From: a virus
Virus record (IMG/VR): IMGVR_UViG_3300027708_000019
Length of the DNA: 64,000 nt
Reading direction: 5' to 3' (one strand)
Of this stretch, positions 54,099 through 63,893 are shown one piece after another (the first letter of the stretch is position 1; each line of letters starts with the position of its first letter). A program made the translations under genes and the position numbers. The notes beneath the pieces were generated by a model. The model searched no databases. It worked only from the letters and a program-made list of their open reading frames with translations, and was not told the origin of the DNA.

Positions 54099-54127
54099 AT
54101 TATACTCCGAATTCGTTTAAATGTCAA
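54099..54127 (-). promoter_or_regulatory. Sigma70-type promoter
   Basis: TTGACA-17-TATAAT. Confidence 0.88.
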
Positions 54128-54139
54128 TACCCCAAAATG

Positions 54140-54167
54140 AAAAACCCTACCAGTGGTAGGGTCTTTT
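54140..54167 (-). terminator. Intrinsic terminator (possibly bidirectional)
   Basis: ACCCTACC-ACT-GGTAGGGT-TTTT. Confidence 0.75.
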
Positions 54168-54183
54168 GGAGCCAAGGCAGTGC

Positions 54184-55509
54184 TTATCTAAATTCGGTTC
54201 TCGAATCAGGCATTACAACATTCGTTGGTTTTGGTGCTTCCGAATTTATATGGACATGGGAATCTTCTTTCTTCTCATCAAAAGGATCTTTTGGGTTGAA
54301 GTCAGAATTTAATTGTTCTGGGTCAAGTTGAAAAGTTGTTTCTGGTTCTTCGTTAACATACAACATTGGTTCATTTGTGTTATCTGTTTTTGAAAAATAT
54401 TCTTTGACAACTTTCTTAAATTCCTCAGGCACTTCTTTCGGTGGCTCAGGAATTAACCATGTGTCTTTTGCTGGTTCTTCAACTGCAACTGTTTCAACTT
54501 TTTGTTCAGTTTGTAGTTGGTTAAGAGAATCAACAATTTGACTCCAGTATTTATTTTGATCGTCCTCAGTTTCCTCATCACTTTGTTCTTCATCCGTCTC
54601 ATCTTGTTCCTTTAATTCAGTTGTTGTTTCATAATACCATGAAGGACTTACAGATTCTTCAGGACGTACCATCGGAAATGGGAAAGTAGGTAAATGCGAA
54701 TCTTCCTCTTCCTCATCAGCTTCCGCTGGTTCATCAACTACTTTAATTTGTTCATCTTCAGGTTTTCTGTTTAGCATTTCTCTATTTGCTGCAATCAACA
54801 TCAACACAGCCATAGGATCAAAAACAAAAACAATCAGAAGAATAACGATACGAACTGATTTCTCTAGAATAGTATCGTCAAGAACATCTCCGTAGATTAA
54901 CGCTGCGATGTATTTGATCGGACCGACTTCGGCTTCGACTTTGCGGAGTTCGCTCGCGACTGGGGCACGCTCTTCGTTGTACTTGGCGATTTTGGCTTGC
55001 GAGGTTTGGATTTCGTTGAGGAGACTGTTTCTTTCTTTGGCTTGACTTCTACGGATGGCGACGGAGCGATCGGCTCCACGATCATCTGTGGTTCTTGCGA
55101 GGGTTTGGTCAACTTGTGAATCCAGTTGAGAAATTGCTTTACGAGCTGCATCGACATTATCCTTTTCTGTTTTAATTTTCTCGTTGAGAATTGCTATCTT
55201 AGATGCCACATCTCCAGTTGGAACTGCTTGGTCTAAGTGCGCTTTACTTAGGTATCCGAAAATACCCATGCTTGTTAGTAGCATTAGGATGACAAGTGCC
55301 GATGTGAAGTAAGTCTTCAATAACATCGGTGCTGTCTTCCAATTTCTATATAGCCATGATGCAGAAACCAATTTACTTGCTTCTAAAATTGATCCCATCA
55401 CAGCGATAGGAATAACTGCTGTTGAGAAAATAGCAATCAATCCCATCACAGAATAATACGCTGCTACTGCGGACAATGCAAAACCGCATGTAAATAGTAG
55501 GTATATCAT
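54184..55509 (-). CDS. Multi-pass membrane protein with coiled coil and acidic tail
   Basis: 3 N-terminal TMs, TSMGIFGYLSKAH, EAEVGPIKYIA, FVFDP.AV. Confidence 0.8.
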   Translation of the reverse strand: MIYLLFTCGFALSAVAAYYSVMGLIAIFSTAVIPIAVMGSILEASKLVSASWLYRNWKTAPMLLKTYFTSALVILMLLTSMGIFGYLSKAHLDQAVPTGDVASKIAILNEKIKTEKDNVDAARKAISQLDSQVDQTLARTTDDRGADRSVAIRRSQAKERNSLLNEIQTSQAKIAKYNEERAPVASELRKVEAEVGPIKYIAALIYGDVLDDTILEKSVRIVILLIVFVFDPMAVLMLIAANREMLNRKPEDEQIKVVDEPAEADEEEEDSHLPTFPFPMVRPEESVSPSWYYETTTELKEQDETDEEQSDEETEDDQNKYWSQIVDSLNQLQTEQKVETVAVEEPAKDTWLIPEPPKEVPEEFKKVVKEYFSKTDNTNEPMLYVNEEPETTFQLDPEQLNSDFNPKDPFDEKKEDSHVHINSEAPKPTNVVMPDSRTEFR

Positions 55510-55895
55510 TTTTTTATATGCTTCCTGTGTGTTTTAATCATAATCCATTCATTATAATAATTATCGTCTAAAAGTACATTTAAGTCAAATTGGAATTTTG
55601 CTTCCCAATAATTTGTATTACCTCTAGTTGGACACAACATCAATATTTTGCGAGAAAAGTTCTCGACACCATATTTATTGATATCTTCAATTAGGACTTT
55701 GTTCGAACCCCAGTAATCACGCCAATTACTCTCTACCCTTGTTCTTTTCTTTTTACCTTTTACTTGTCGTGTTTTTGCTTCGGTAAAATACTTCCGACCG
55801 ATATATTTCTTACCAGTCAGATTATTTGTAATCTCGTAGATGAAACCATACCAATCACCAGCATCTACGAATGGTTCGTTATTGTGGTGCCACAT
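55506..55895 (-). CDS. GIY-YIG nuclease-like protein
   Basis: YGFIYEITN...KKYIGRK...W..YWGS. Confidence 0.85.
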   Translation of the reverse strand: MWHHNNEPFVDAGDWYGFIYEITNNLTGKKYIGRKYFTEAKTRQVKGKKKRTRVESNWRDYWGSNKVLIEDINKYGVENFSRKILMLCPTRGNTNYWEAKFQFDLNVLLDDNYYNEWIMIKTHRKHIKK

Positions 55896-56025
55896 CGGTG
55901 GGTGGCGCAGGTGGAGGTGTTGGTTGAGCACCTTCTGCTTGTGCGGTGTCCATTGAGGAACCCTGTGGGTTTTTTAATTTGCTAAACCAATCATTACCTT
56001 GTAGTTCGCTTGGGTTTTCTGCCAT
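55879..56025 (-). CDS. Small Pro-rich peptide (48 aa)
   Basis: GAGG RBS; MAENPSELQGNDWFSKLKNPQGSSMDTAQAEGAQPTPPPAPPTDVAPQ*. Confidence 0.6.
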   Translation of the reverse strand: MAENPSELQGNDWFSKLKNPQGSSMDTAQAEGAQPTPPPAPPTDVAPQ

Positions 56026-56027
56026 CT

Positions 56028-57131
56028 TTACCTCATAAAACTGTTATTGGGAACATAGAATTCATTTGGATCTAAATCATAAATGTATTCATATTCACTA
56101 CTTAGTGCTACTGGTGTATCACGTTGTAGAAACAGTTTGTATAGGCTACCAGCTTTCATTTTAAAATCTCTATACTCTTGGTCTTTAGTATAGTCATAGA
56201 TAACTTCTTTGGCATGGAATTTATAAGATTCCCAGTTATGTTTAATCTTCAACTGTTTGTTTGACATACTCCAAATCTGAAAGTAATCTTCAGTAAAAAA
56301 ATGATGGAAATATGTGTTAACAAAATCTTTATCAATGTTCTTACGAATTGTTTTATCAACACGCAATATCATTCTGAAGAAAACAGATTGCCACTTAAAG
56401 TTGAAGTTGTACCACCAGAAAAAATCAAATACAGTTTTGATTTCACAAGGTGCTTGTTTTCCATGCTCGTGTAATATTTCATACCAAACATTTGCGAATG
56501 GTTCTGTTAAACCACGCTGCATAAAATAATCAACTACAATTTCTCTAGTATATGGCGAATGAATGATCTCAAAACTAAATCGATTCTTGAAGTCTCCGAT
56601 AACATCAGTACCAAACAATTGATCGTTGTGTTCACCACCAATAATCAAATACTTCTTATCAAAGTAAAGTGTCATTCTGTCACTTGGCTTGACTGTTAAT
56701 TTTCCACGAATGTGATTTTGATAGAAGTTTGGATTCTCACGAATGCTATCCATACTCATGACAACAACAAGTCTATCGCGATCTGACTCAGGGATTACTT
56801 TTAAAAATGATACTAGAACAAGAGTTGAATCAATACCACCAGAGTAAAACACATAAAGTGGTAAGTCCATTTGTTTTGACTTCTCATATAATTCAGTTGC
56901 TCTTTTCTCGCAACATTGTTCATATGTTAAATCATATTTACTTAAATCTGTTGGCATAACATTTGGTTCATACAGTTTAAATCTGTATGGCATAATAACA
57001 CGCTCTGAACGATCAACTAGACTTACGTTCAAGTTGATCATTTCATAAATGCTACCCCACTCAGGACATCCAGCAGCAGGATGTTCTCTAAGAATATCGC
57101 AGTTGGCAAGATATAATTCTTTCATCAGCAA
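56028..57131 (-). CDS. AsnB-synthetase-like PP-loop enzyme, copy 3
   Basis: VFYSGGIDST, GGEHNDQLFG, DFFWW. Confidence 0.75.
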   Translation of the reverse strand: MLMKELYLANCDILREHPAAGCPEWGSIYEMINLNVSLVDRSERVIMPYRFKLYEPNVMPTDLSKYDLTYEQCCEKRATELYEKSKQMDLPLYVFYSGGIDSTLVLVSFLKVIPESDRDRLVVVMSMDSIRENPNFYQNHIRGKLTVKPSDRMTLYFDKKYLIIGGEHNDQLFGTDVIGDFKNRFSFEIIHSPYTREIVVDYFMQRGLTEPFANVWYEILHEHGKQAPCEIKTVFDFFWWYNFNFKWQSVFFRMILRVDKTIRKNIDKDFVNTYFHHFFTEDYFQIWSMSNKQLKIKHNWESYKFHAKEVIYDYTKDQEYRDFKMKAGSLYKLFLQRDTPVALSSEYEYIYDLDPNEFYVPNNSFMR

Positions 57132-57757
57132 TGCGCATTTCTAACCAAAGCATGACAGGCATCTTTAAATCCTTGTCTTAATTCATCTCTGGTTGATAGT
57201 TTATTAAATTTGTCAACATAAACACCAAACCATGCGAAATTTCTCATCTTGATCAACCCACTGGTTTCAAGCATGAGTGTAAGTTCTTCATATGCTGTTT
57301 TGTTGGAAATATTGTGAGCAGATGCATATTCAACTATACCATTAGCATATGTATCTGTCTTTGGATCACTGGCTTCCATATCTTTAATCAGGAATGCCAT
57401 AATAGATTCGTCAAAATATAAGACGGATCTTTCATTTTGTCTACGGAATTGTTCTTCTAAAGCATGAATGTAATGGGCACGAACAGAAGCAATTTTCTTG
57501 CGATCCATATACTCTTTGGTTATCAACAACTCTGGCATATAACCAATCCAAGTATCTTGTTTTGGTGTGAGTCTCAGCTTGTCTTTTTCAAAGTCAAACT
57601 GTTTAAGTTCTTGAGCAACCGAATCGATCTCTATTGGTATAACAACAACATCAGTGTTAATCATTCCTTTAGAAACTGCGATAGCAGTAGTAAATGATTT
57701 TGGTAATGCTAAGATCGCTTTAGTTGATACATCAATTACGGTATATAAAGCACTCAT
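57125..57757 (-). CDS. Hypothetical partner of PP-loop enzyme, copy 3
   Basis: Overlapping upstream gene. Confidence 0.7.
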   Translation of the reverse strand: MSALYTVIDVSTKAILALPKSFTTAIAVSKGMINTDVVVIPIEIDSVAQELKQFDFEKDKLRLTPKQDTWIGYMPELLITKEYMDRKKIASVRAHYIHALEEQFRRQNERSVLYFDESIMAFLIKDMEASDPKTDTYANGIVEYASAHNISNKTAYEELTLMLETSGLIKMRNFAWFGVYVDKFNKLSTRDELRQGFKDACHALVRNAHC

Positions 57758-57906
57758 TCTTCATCATCAATTAGTTCTTCTTCCTCATATATATCGCTGC
57801 CACAAAATGGACAATATACGATATCGTTTTTGGTATAGTCGCCTTCTTTAAATTTTATGCTGCCATGCGCTCCGCAGCTTTCGCAATCAAAATGTTTAAG
57901 TGCCAT
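57754..57906 (-). CDS. Small Zn-ribbon protein (50 aa)
   Basis: MALKHFDCESCGA...YCPFCGSDIYEEEE; coupled to nrdB stop. Confidence 0.75.
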   Translation of the reverse strand: MALKHFDCESCGAHGSIKFKEGDYTKNDIVYCPFCGSDIYEEEELIDDEE

Positions 57907-58889
57907 TATGCCCACACCTCTCCCCACTGACCAGATAACGCACCTTTAGCGTAGTCAGTAGCACGATTTTCAAAAAAGTTTGTATGAGTCGGTGCATTAA
58001 TCATTTCTTCTACCCATGGTAGTGGGTTTTTCTTAACTTTGAATATTCCTTTTAAGCCAAGAGAAATTAAGCGACGATCTGCGATGTAACGAATATACTG
58101 TTTAACATCTTCTGGTGTTAACTCTTCCATAGCACCCATAGAGAATGCCAAGTCAATAAATTTTTCTTCAAGAGAAACCATTTTCTCAGCGATAGTATAT
58201 ATCTGAGATTTCAAATCATCATTCCAGATTTCTTTGTTTTCTTCAATGTATGTTCTAAACAATTTAATCATTGATTCAGCATGCATTGTTTCATCAACAA
58301 TAGACCATGTGATGATTTGTCCCATACCTTTCATTTTGCCATGTCGTGGAAAATTCAACAACATAATGAATGATGAGAACAACTGCATACCTTCAGTAAA
58401 AGCAGAGAACGCAGCAATATTTGTTGCTACTGATTCCATTGTACCATTCTTATTTGAAAGATCAACAAAGTAATCGTGTTTGTCTTTCATTTCAGCATAT
58501 TCCAAAAACTCATTATATGTTGTTTCTGGCATACCAAGTGTTTCAATTAGGTGTGAGTAACCTGCAACGTGTAATGCTTCTCTTGCTGCGAATCCCATCA
58601 ACATCATTCTTATTTCTGGTTGTGGGAAGTATGGTAGGTAATTCTTCACGTATCCTCCCGCCACATCCACATCCCCTTGGACAAAGAATCGCAGAATGTT
58701 TGTAAGGAAGTGTTTTTCTTCTTGTGTTAATTTCTTTTTCCAATCTTTGACATCCTCCATCATTGGTACTTCTGTGTGTAACCAGTGGGCTTGTTCATGT
58801 TTTAACCAAGCATTATATGCCCACGGATAATGGAATGGTTTAAAGGAACTACGCTCATCTGTTAATTTTAATTTTGTTTTTTTAATCAT
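57906..58889 (-). CDS. nrdB: Ribonucleotide reductase class Ia beta subunit
   Basis: REALH..YS, EG..LFSSF, DETMH, NFFE.RATDY. Confidence 0.97.
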   Translation of the reverse strand: MIKKTKLKLTDERSSFKPFHYPWAYNAWLKHEQAHWLHTEVPMMEDVKDWKKKLTQEEKHFLTNILRFFVQGDVDVAGGYVKNYLPYFPQPEIRMMLMGFAAREALHVAGYSHLIETLGMPETTYNEFLEYAEMKDKHDYFVDLSNKNGTMESVATNIAAFSAFTEGMQLFSSFIMLLNFPRHGKMKGMGQIITWSIVDETMHAESMIKLFRTYIEENKEIWNDDLKSQIYTIAEKMVSLEEKFIDLAFSMGAMEELTPEDVKQYIRYIADRRLISLGLKGIFKVKKNPLPWVEEMINAPTHTNFFENRATDYAKGALSGQWGEVWA

Positions 58890-59124
58890 CTTTTTTTCTA
58901 ATCCTAATTCCTACATATGTTCCGAAAAATGCACCAAGACATGCTGGTATCAACAGCCAATGGTCAACTGTATAGTTTATTACTGCTACACTTGCAACTA
59001 AAAATACAATTACACCCCATACACTGGATACCAATGCTTTATCTTCGTTTACTGCTTTTAAATAGTATGTATAAAATACATCAGTGAAAAACAGAGCAAA
59101 GAAAACAACAATCCATTCTGTCAT
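58882..59124 (-). CDS. Small membrane protein
   Basis: Three hydrophobic segments. Confidence 0.7.
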   Translation of the reverse strand: MTEWIVVFFALFFTDVFYTYYLKAVNEDKALVSSVWGVIVFLVASVAVINYTVDHWLLIPACLGAFFGTYVGIRIRKKDD

Positions 59125-59252
59125 TTTTCTTCAACCTGTTTTTCTATTTTCTTAATTGGTTCAGGAAAGTATGGCTCAATCACATAATGATTAGCACTCC
59201 ACCATCCGATTGCAGAAAAGAATCCAACAACCACCCAACTAGCAACTAGCAT
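59121..59252 (-). CDS. Small membrane peptide (43 aa)
   Basis: MLVASWVVVGFFSAIGWWSANHYVIEPYFP...; GGAG RBS. Confidence 0.6.
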   Translation of the reverse strand: MLVASWVVVGFFSAIGWWSANHYVIEPYFPEPIKKIEKQVEEK

Positions 59253-59253
59253 A

Positions 59254-59904
59254 TTATTTCTCCGTAAGTTCATTAACAAAATTCAACAATAGATCATGGT
59301 GTTTTCCACCATTCCAGTATTTGTTTATATACTGCCATGGTTTCTCATACCAATATAAAGGTGCTTCTGGATGACAACCAATTATTCCAACTCTTCCTTT
59401 GATGATCGCCATCGGATCACCATTAGCATATCTAGCGATTGTTTTGAATTTGGTTTCATCACCAATCAAAGCACAACCATCATAGAAATACATTTTCTCT
59501 TCTTGTCCATTCCAAGTAACAGAAGCTACTGTACCAAAACTTCGTTTGACTCCAGCATTTGGTCTTTTGATATATTGAACAGCACGAACATCTTCAATTA
59601 TGTCAAGATACCATTGGTCAGCCCAATAAGCACCCATACATATACCAAGATAATACCCACCATCTTCAATAAACTTGGCTATTCTATTTCCAGTTCTCCT
59701 AGTAAAAAACTTATAAAAAGAATCAGAATCCCCAAGCCCACCAGGAAAAGCAACAATATCAACACCATTAAAAAAATTAACATCTTCTATATCCTTCTCA
59801 TTAAATGTTTTTACATTATAATTTGAAGAAAGAGATTTCGTCATTGCTTCTACACAATCTTCAGAACACTCTGGATCATGTAAAAAAAGTGCGATGGTTT
59901 TCAT
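59254..59904 (-). CDS. Class I glutamine amidotransferase-like (BPL_N-type) protein
   Basis: FPGG.G, GG.YLGICMGAY, HPE. Confidence 0.8.
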   Translation of the reverse strand: MKTIALFLHDPECSEDCVEAMTKSLSSNYNVKTFNEKDIEDVNFFNGVDIVAFPGGLGDSDSFYKFFTRRTGNRIAKFIEDGGYYLGICMGAYWADQWYLDIIEDVRAVQYIKRPNAGVKRSFGTVASVTWNGQEEKMYFYDGCALIGDETKFKTIARYANGDPMAIIKGRVGIIGCHPEAPLYWYEKPWQYINKYWNGGKHHDLLLNFVNELTEK

Positions 59905-61689
59905 TTACCCCTCACATGCTAAACAATCGTTTCCTTCTGCTAAGGCACGTAAGTCAATTTCTTGTATGACTTCGCGTTCAATTTTTTTGGCTACTTTATC
60001 AGCCTTACCAATTTTCTCACTACGACAATAATATAAAGTCTTTAAACCTGATTTCCATGCTTGAAAGTGTACGGCATGGAGGTATTTAACATTCGCATCA
60101 GGTCTGAAGAATAAGTTGAGAGATTGGGCTTGGTCAATATACTCTTGTCGATCAGCTGCGTGTTGGACAAGCCAGCGTTGGTCAATCTCCATACTTGTTT
60201 TGAATACATCTTTTGTCCAGTCATCCAGTATGTCCAGATGTTGGACGGAACCATCATTTGCGATGATACTTGACCAGATTTCGTTATAATCCATTTTGCT
60301 GTCTGCATCACATTTCTCCTTAATAATTTTATCGAGCCATTTATTTTTGTTTAACGAAGAACCCGATAGAGTGTCTTGACGATAAGCATTGGCACGCAAA
60401 GGTTCAATAGAAGGAGAAGTATTGCCCATGATAATGGAAGAAGAAGCATTGGGAGCAATAGCCATAAGATGACTAAAGCGATTCCCAGTACCCACTGCAT
60501 CAAGTGCTTCACCTCTATCCAATCCCAGTTCTTTATTAGCACGATCTAAACCTTCTCTGATATGTTTGAATATTTGTTTATTTTTTCCTACAGCCTGTGC
60601 TGATTCCCATGGTATGTTATTTTTTTGCAGATAGGCGTGCCATCCAAGAGCACCCACACCGATGCTTCTTTCACGCATGGCTGAGAATTTTGCACGCTCA
60701 ATGGAGGAAGGCGCATTAAGAATAAAATACTGAAGAACATTATCAAGCATTTCTGCAGTATCACGAAGGAATAGAGGATCGTTTTTCCACTCATCATAGT
60801 ACTCCAAGTTTAGTGAAGACAAGCAACAAACAGCAGTACGTTGCTCATTGGTTGGTAAAATAATTTCTGAACAAAGATTTGATTGATGTACTTTAAGACC
60901 TTTATCCTTCAACCATTGCGGTAATGCATTGTTACTTGTTGTAATGAAATGTAGATATGGTTCACCAGTCATCATGCGTAGTTCTAAAATCTGTTGCCAC
61001 AACGCACGAGCAGAAACAACTTCACGAATGACACCACTATGTGGATCTTTTAGTTCCCATGAGTCATCTGCTTCTGGATCAAGCATACAGTTTTCAATAA
61101 TCTGCATAAATTCATCAGGAATATTAACAGCATGATGTAAATTTAAACAGCGTAAATTTTGATCGCCTGTCGGCTTACGCATTTCTAAGAAAGGGATAAT
61201 GTCTGGATGATCAATAGACAAGTAAGCAGCATAACTGCCCCTGCGAGTACGACCCTGACGATATGCCAAAGAACTGGCATCATAGATTTTGAGGTGAGGC
61301 ATAACTCCAGTACTTTTATCGTCAGCCGAACGAATACCAAAGCCAATCCCAACACCACCGCCCAACATACTAAGCCAATTTGTCTCAGATAGATTATCAA
61401 CTAGACCCTCCGCTGTATCTTCAATATAATTAAGGAAACATGATATAGGCATACCACGCTTACTTCTTCCGAAACTGAGAATAGGTGTCGAATAGCTGAG
61501 CCAATGTTTGCTTGAGTATTCATACAGTCGTTGTGCATGTTCTGGATTACTACCAAATTTTGTGCTAACGAATGCAAATCTTTCTTGTGGCGACTTCTCT
61601 TCATCTTTCATGTAACTTTCTTGTAATCTTTTGATTCCTAGTGAATCGAAAAGTGCATCTCTCTCGTAGTTCAGTACGATCTCTGACAT
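59905..61689 (-). CDS. nrdA: Ribonucleotide reductase class Ia alpha subunit
   Basis: PISCFL, SNLCSEI, IAPNASSS, LKTLYYCRS, CLACEG; start at MSEIVL. Confidence 0.97.
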   Translation of the reverse strand: MSEIVLNYERDALFDSLGIKRLQESYMKDEEKSPQERFAFVSTKFGSNPEHAQRLYEYSSKHWLSYSTPILSFGRSKRGMPISCFLNYIEDTAEGLVDNLSETNWLSMLGGGVGIGFGIRSADDKSTGVMPHLKIYDASSLAYRQGRTRRGSYAAYLSIDHPDIIPFLEMRKPTGDQNLRCLNLHHAVNIPDEFMQIIENCMLDPEADDSWELKDPHSGVIREVVSARALWQQILELRMMTGEPYLHFITTSNNALPQWLKDKGLKVHQSNLCSEIILPTNEQRTAVCCLSSLNLEYYDEWKNDPLFLRDTAEMLDNVLQYFILNAPSSIERAKFSAMRERSIGVGALGWHAYLQKNNIPWESAQAVGKNKQIFKHIREGLDRANKELGLDRGEALDAVGTGNRFSHLMAIAPNASSSIIMGNTSPSIEPLRANAYRQDTLSGSSLNKNKWLDKIIKEKCDADSKMDYNEIWSSIIANDGSVQHLDILDDWTKDVFKTSMEIDQRWLVQHAADRQEYIDQAQSLNLFFRPDANVKYLHAVHFQAWKSGLKTLYYCRSEKIGKADKVAKKIEREVIQEIDLRALAEGNDCLACEG

Positions 61690-61702
61690 AGTTAATTTCC
61701 TG

Positions 61703-62362
61703 TTATTCTTGTTGTATAAATTCTGACGATAATGGAAATACTTCAGCAATTACTTTTGCGCATGCTTTAGCAATTTCCATATGTTCTTTTTGTGTGCCAT
61801 TGCCAGATCGTAATTGTATATAGTGAATCCAACTTCTGACAGTTCCATTCATGTAAAGTCTTGATACTGTCAATCCTTCTGGCAACACTGCTCTTGCTTG
61901 TTCTTTGGCAATGCCATTTGCAATAGCCCACTTATACACATTTTTACAAATAGAAAGCACCCGATCCTGCTGTTCTTCCCACCTTTTTTGTAAATACTCA
62001 TCATCTGTCTCAACGCTATTTTGACGATTCTTAGTATCTTGAAGACGTGCTTCTCTAATCTCAAAATCTAAATCCTGAGTCGGATCTGCATAACGCTGTG
62101 AAAATTCTTGAAACGAGAATGAACGATGGCGTAGCATTTGTCTTGCGATGTCACGTGTTGTTGTGATTTCAAGACAAATATTTACCATCTCTAATGGCGA
62201 CCAATGCTGATTCTTAATCAGATATCTGATCAACTTCTCACTTGTTTCTTTGTTGTTTTGGTTGCTAGGATTACTAACACGAGCACAGAACGCAACTAAT
62301 TCTGTCATGTTTTCAGCAAAATATTCTGCTGGTTGCGAAAATGATATGAGTTCAATCTTCAT
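61703..62362 (-). CDS. thyX: Flavin-dependent thymidylate synthase
   Basis: RHRSFSFQEFSQRY motif. Confidence 0.97.
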   Translation of the reverse strand: MKIELISFSQPAEYFAENMTELVAFCARVSNPSNQNNKETSEKLIRYLIKNQHWSPLEMVNICLEITTTRDIARQMLRHRSFSFQEFSQRYADPTQDLDFEIREARLQDTKNRQNSVETDDEYLQKRWEEQQDRVLSICKNVYKWAIANGIAKEQARAVLPEGLTVSRLYMNGTVRSWIHYIQLRSGNGTQKEHMEIAKACAKVIAEVFPLSSEFIQQE

Positions 62363-62486
62363 GTAATTCTTTATCCTTTAATTCTTCCGAAGGTTTTGGT
62401 TTCTTTCCGAAAATGCGTTCATAGCCATCGTCCCATTTCTCTTGATCTTCTGGTCGACGCTTATCGCCTTTACCACCATCGCTCAT
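62352..62486 (-). CDS. Small hypothetical protein (44 aa)
   Basis: MSDGGKGDKRRPEDQEKWDDGYERIFGKK...; AAGGAG RBS. Confidence 0.7.
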   Translation of the reverse strand: MSDGGKGDKRRPEDQEKWDDGYERIFGKKPKPSEELKDKELHED

Positions 62487-62496
62487 TCTACTCTCC

Positions 62497-63513
62497 TTAA
62501 CATTTTTTCCACTGATTAAATTTAACTGTTGCCTCTAAACCAGAAACAGTGTTTTCATCAATTAGATTGACGATTTTATCCTGCGACCATCCTGCTTTAA
62601 ACAAGTCATTAATATCTTTATAACCTGTTTCTGGCATCAATGACACAGTATATCCTTTATCTATACACTTTGCAATTTGCTTACATAAATCTTTGTTTCT
62701 TGGTTCGTTATCAAATACGACTACAAGTTTAGAAACAAGACCACGCATATAATTTGAATCAAAAGAGGAGCCAGCAACTGCAATAGAATTGGGTAAGAAG
62801 AGACTATCAATTGGTCCCTCAACTGCATAAACTTTTTTACCAAAGTCAACTCTCTCAAGTCCATAAATTCTCTCCATATTATCATCAAGTTTAACTGTCA
62901 TATATCTTGGTTCTTCGTTACCGAATGCCCGACCTTGGAATGCATAAACTTTACCATGATCGTTGAAGAAAGGAATTACCAATCTTGGGTGTTCATTTTC
63001 TTCTTCAGAAGTGTATGTATATTTAACGCTGTTTACATACTTCTTCCACTTCGGACAATAATAAAGTAGATCAAAATATTCGTTTGGGATTAAACGAGAT
63101 TCTACATATACTCTGGCTGGATGTTCAGGGGGTAAGGTATCAATTCTACGCAACCCTTCTAAAATCTTATCTTTTAACTCAGTAAACACTGGTTTTGTGT
63201 CTGGATATGCTATATTTTTATGAGAATTGTGCTTATTTGCACCAGACTGATAACGCTCTACTACATATTGTTCATAGAGATATGAGTCAACATGCTTGAT
63301 CAAATTACCGACGTTCGTGCTTACACCACAATTATGACATTTGTAGAATAAATCGGTTTTCTTTTGGAATATGTAGCCACGTGCCTTCAGCTTGTTTTTC
63401 TTCGAATCCCCACAGAATGGGCAAGAAAAATTGAAGGTGTAGTCACTCTGCTGTTTGAAATTACGCAGCCGTGTACTTAACTGGGAGATGTATTTGTGAT
63501 CAATATGTAACAT
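62497..63513 (-). CDS. gp61: DNA primase gp61
   Basis: CPFCGDS...CHNCG, EGPIDS, DNEPRN, KDIND. Confidence 0.97.
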   Translation of the reverse strand: MLHIDHKYISQLSTRLRNFKQQSDYTFNFSCPFCGDSKKNKLKARGYIFQKKTDLFYKCHNCGVSTNVGNLIKHVDSYLYEQYVVERYQSGANKHNSHKNIAYPDTKPVFTELKDKILEGLRRIDTLPPEHPARVYVESRLIPNEYFDLLYYCPKWKKYVNSVKYTYTSEEENEHPRLVIPFFNDHGKVYAFQGRAFGNEEPRYMTVKLDDNMERIYGLERVDFGKKVYAVEGPIDSLFLPNSIAVAGSSFDSNYMRGLVSKLVVVFDNEPRNKDLCKQIAKCIDKGYTVSLMPETGYKDINDLFKAGWSQDKIVNLIDENTVSGLEATVKFNQWKKC

Positions 63514-63519
63514 AACATA

Positions 63520-63548
63520 ATTATACTCCGAATCATATAAAAAAGCAA
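63520..63548 (-). promoter_or_regulatory. Sigma70-type promoter, leaderless primase mRNA
   Basis: TTGCTT-17-TATAAT, ATG 6 nt downstream; -35 lies in an inverted repeat AAAGCAAGTTA/TAACTTGCTTT. Confidence 0.7.
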
Positions 63549-63572
63549 GTTATTTTTAACTTGCTTTCGGAA

Positions 63573-63893
63573 TTACTTTAGAAACTTCGAGAAGAAGTCC
63601 AGATGCCCCATGAGATATCCACAAACAATTGCACCACCAACAATCATAAATCTCCACTTTTCTAAAATCTCAACACGACTTTTAATATCACCAAGTGTTT
63701 TTGTCATAACATTATGTTGTTCAGAATCTGCTTTGGCAAGATCGTCGATTTTCTTGTCAATGTGATCCGTAATCTCACGAGTAGTGGTCGTGATTCGAGA
63801 ATGCAGTTCTTTGATGTCTTGTTTCACATCTGCAACGTCCTCTTTTATGCCTTCTACTTGTGCTTCCAATTTGGCTATTCTTTCTGCATCCAT
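63573..63893 (-). CDS. Coiled-coil protein with C-terminal TM
   Basis: Heptad pattern then hydrophobic segment. Confidence 0.75.
   Translation of the reverse strand: MDAERIAKLEAQVEGIKEDVADVKQDIKELHSRITTTTREITDHIDKKIDDLAKADSEQHNVMTKTLGDIKSRVEILEKWRFMIVGGAIVCGYLMGHLDFFSKFLK

Noticed and set aside
54184-55509. Rz/Rz1 spanin pair
   Set aside because: The nested +1 ORF has no signal peptide or lipobox cysteine; the host protein is multi-pass.
55506-55895. GIY-YIG as intron or mobile homing element
   Set aside because: A short free-standing domain; nrdA, nrdB and thyX are uninterrupted and no intron or intein signatures were seen.
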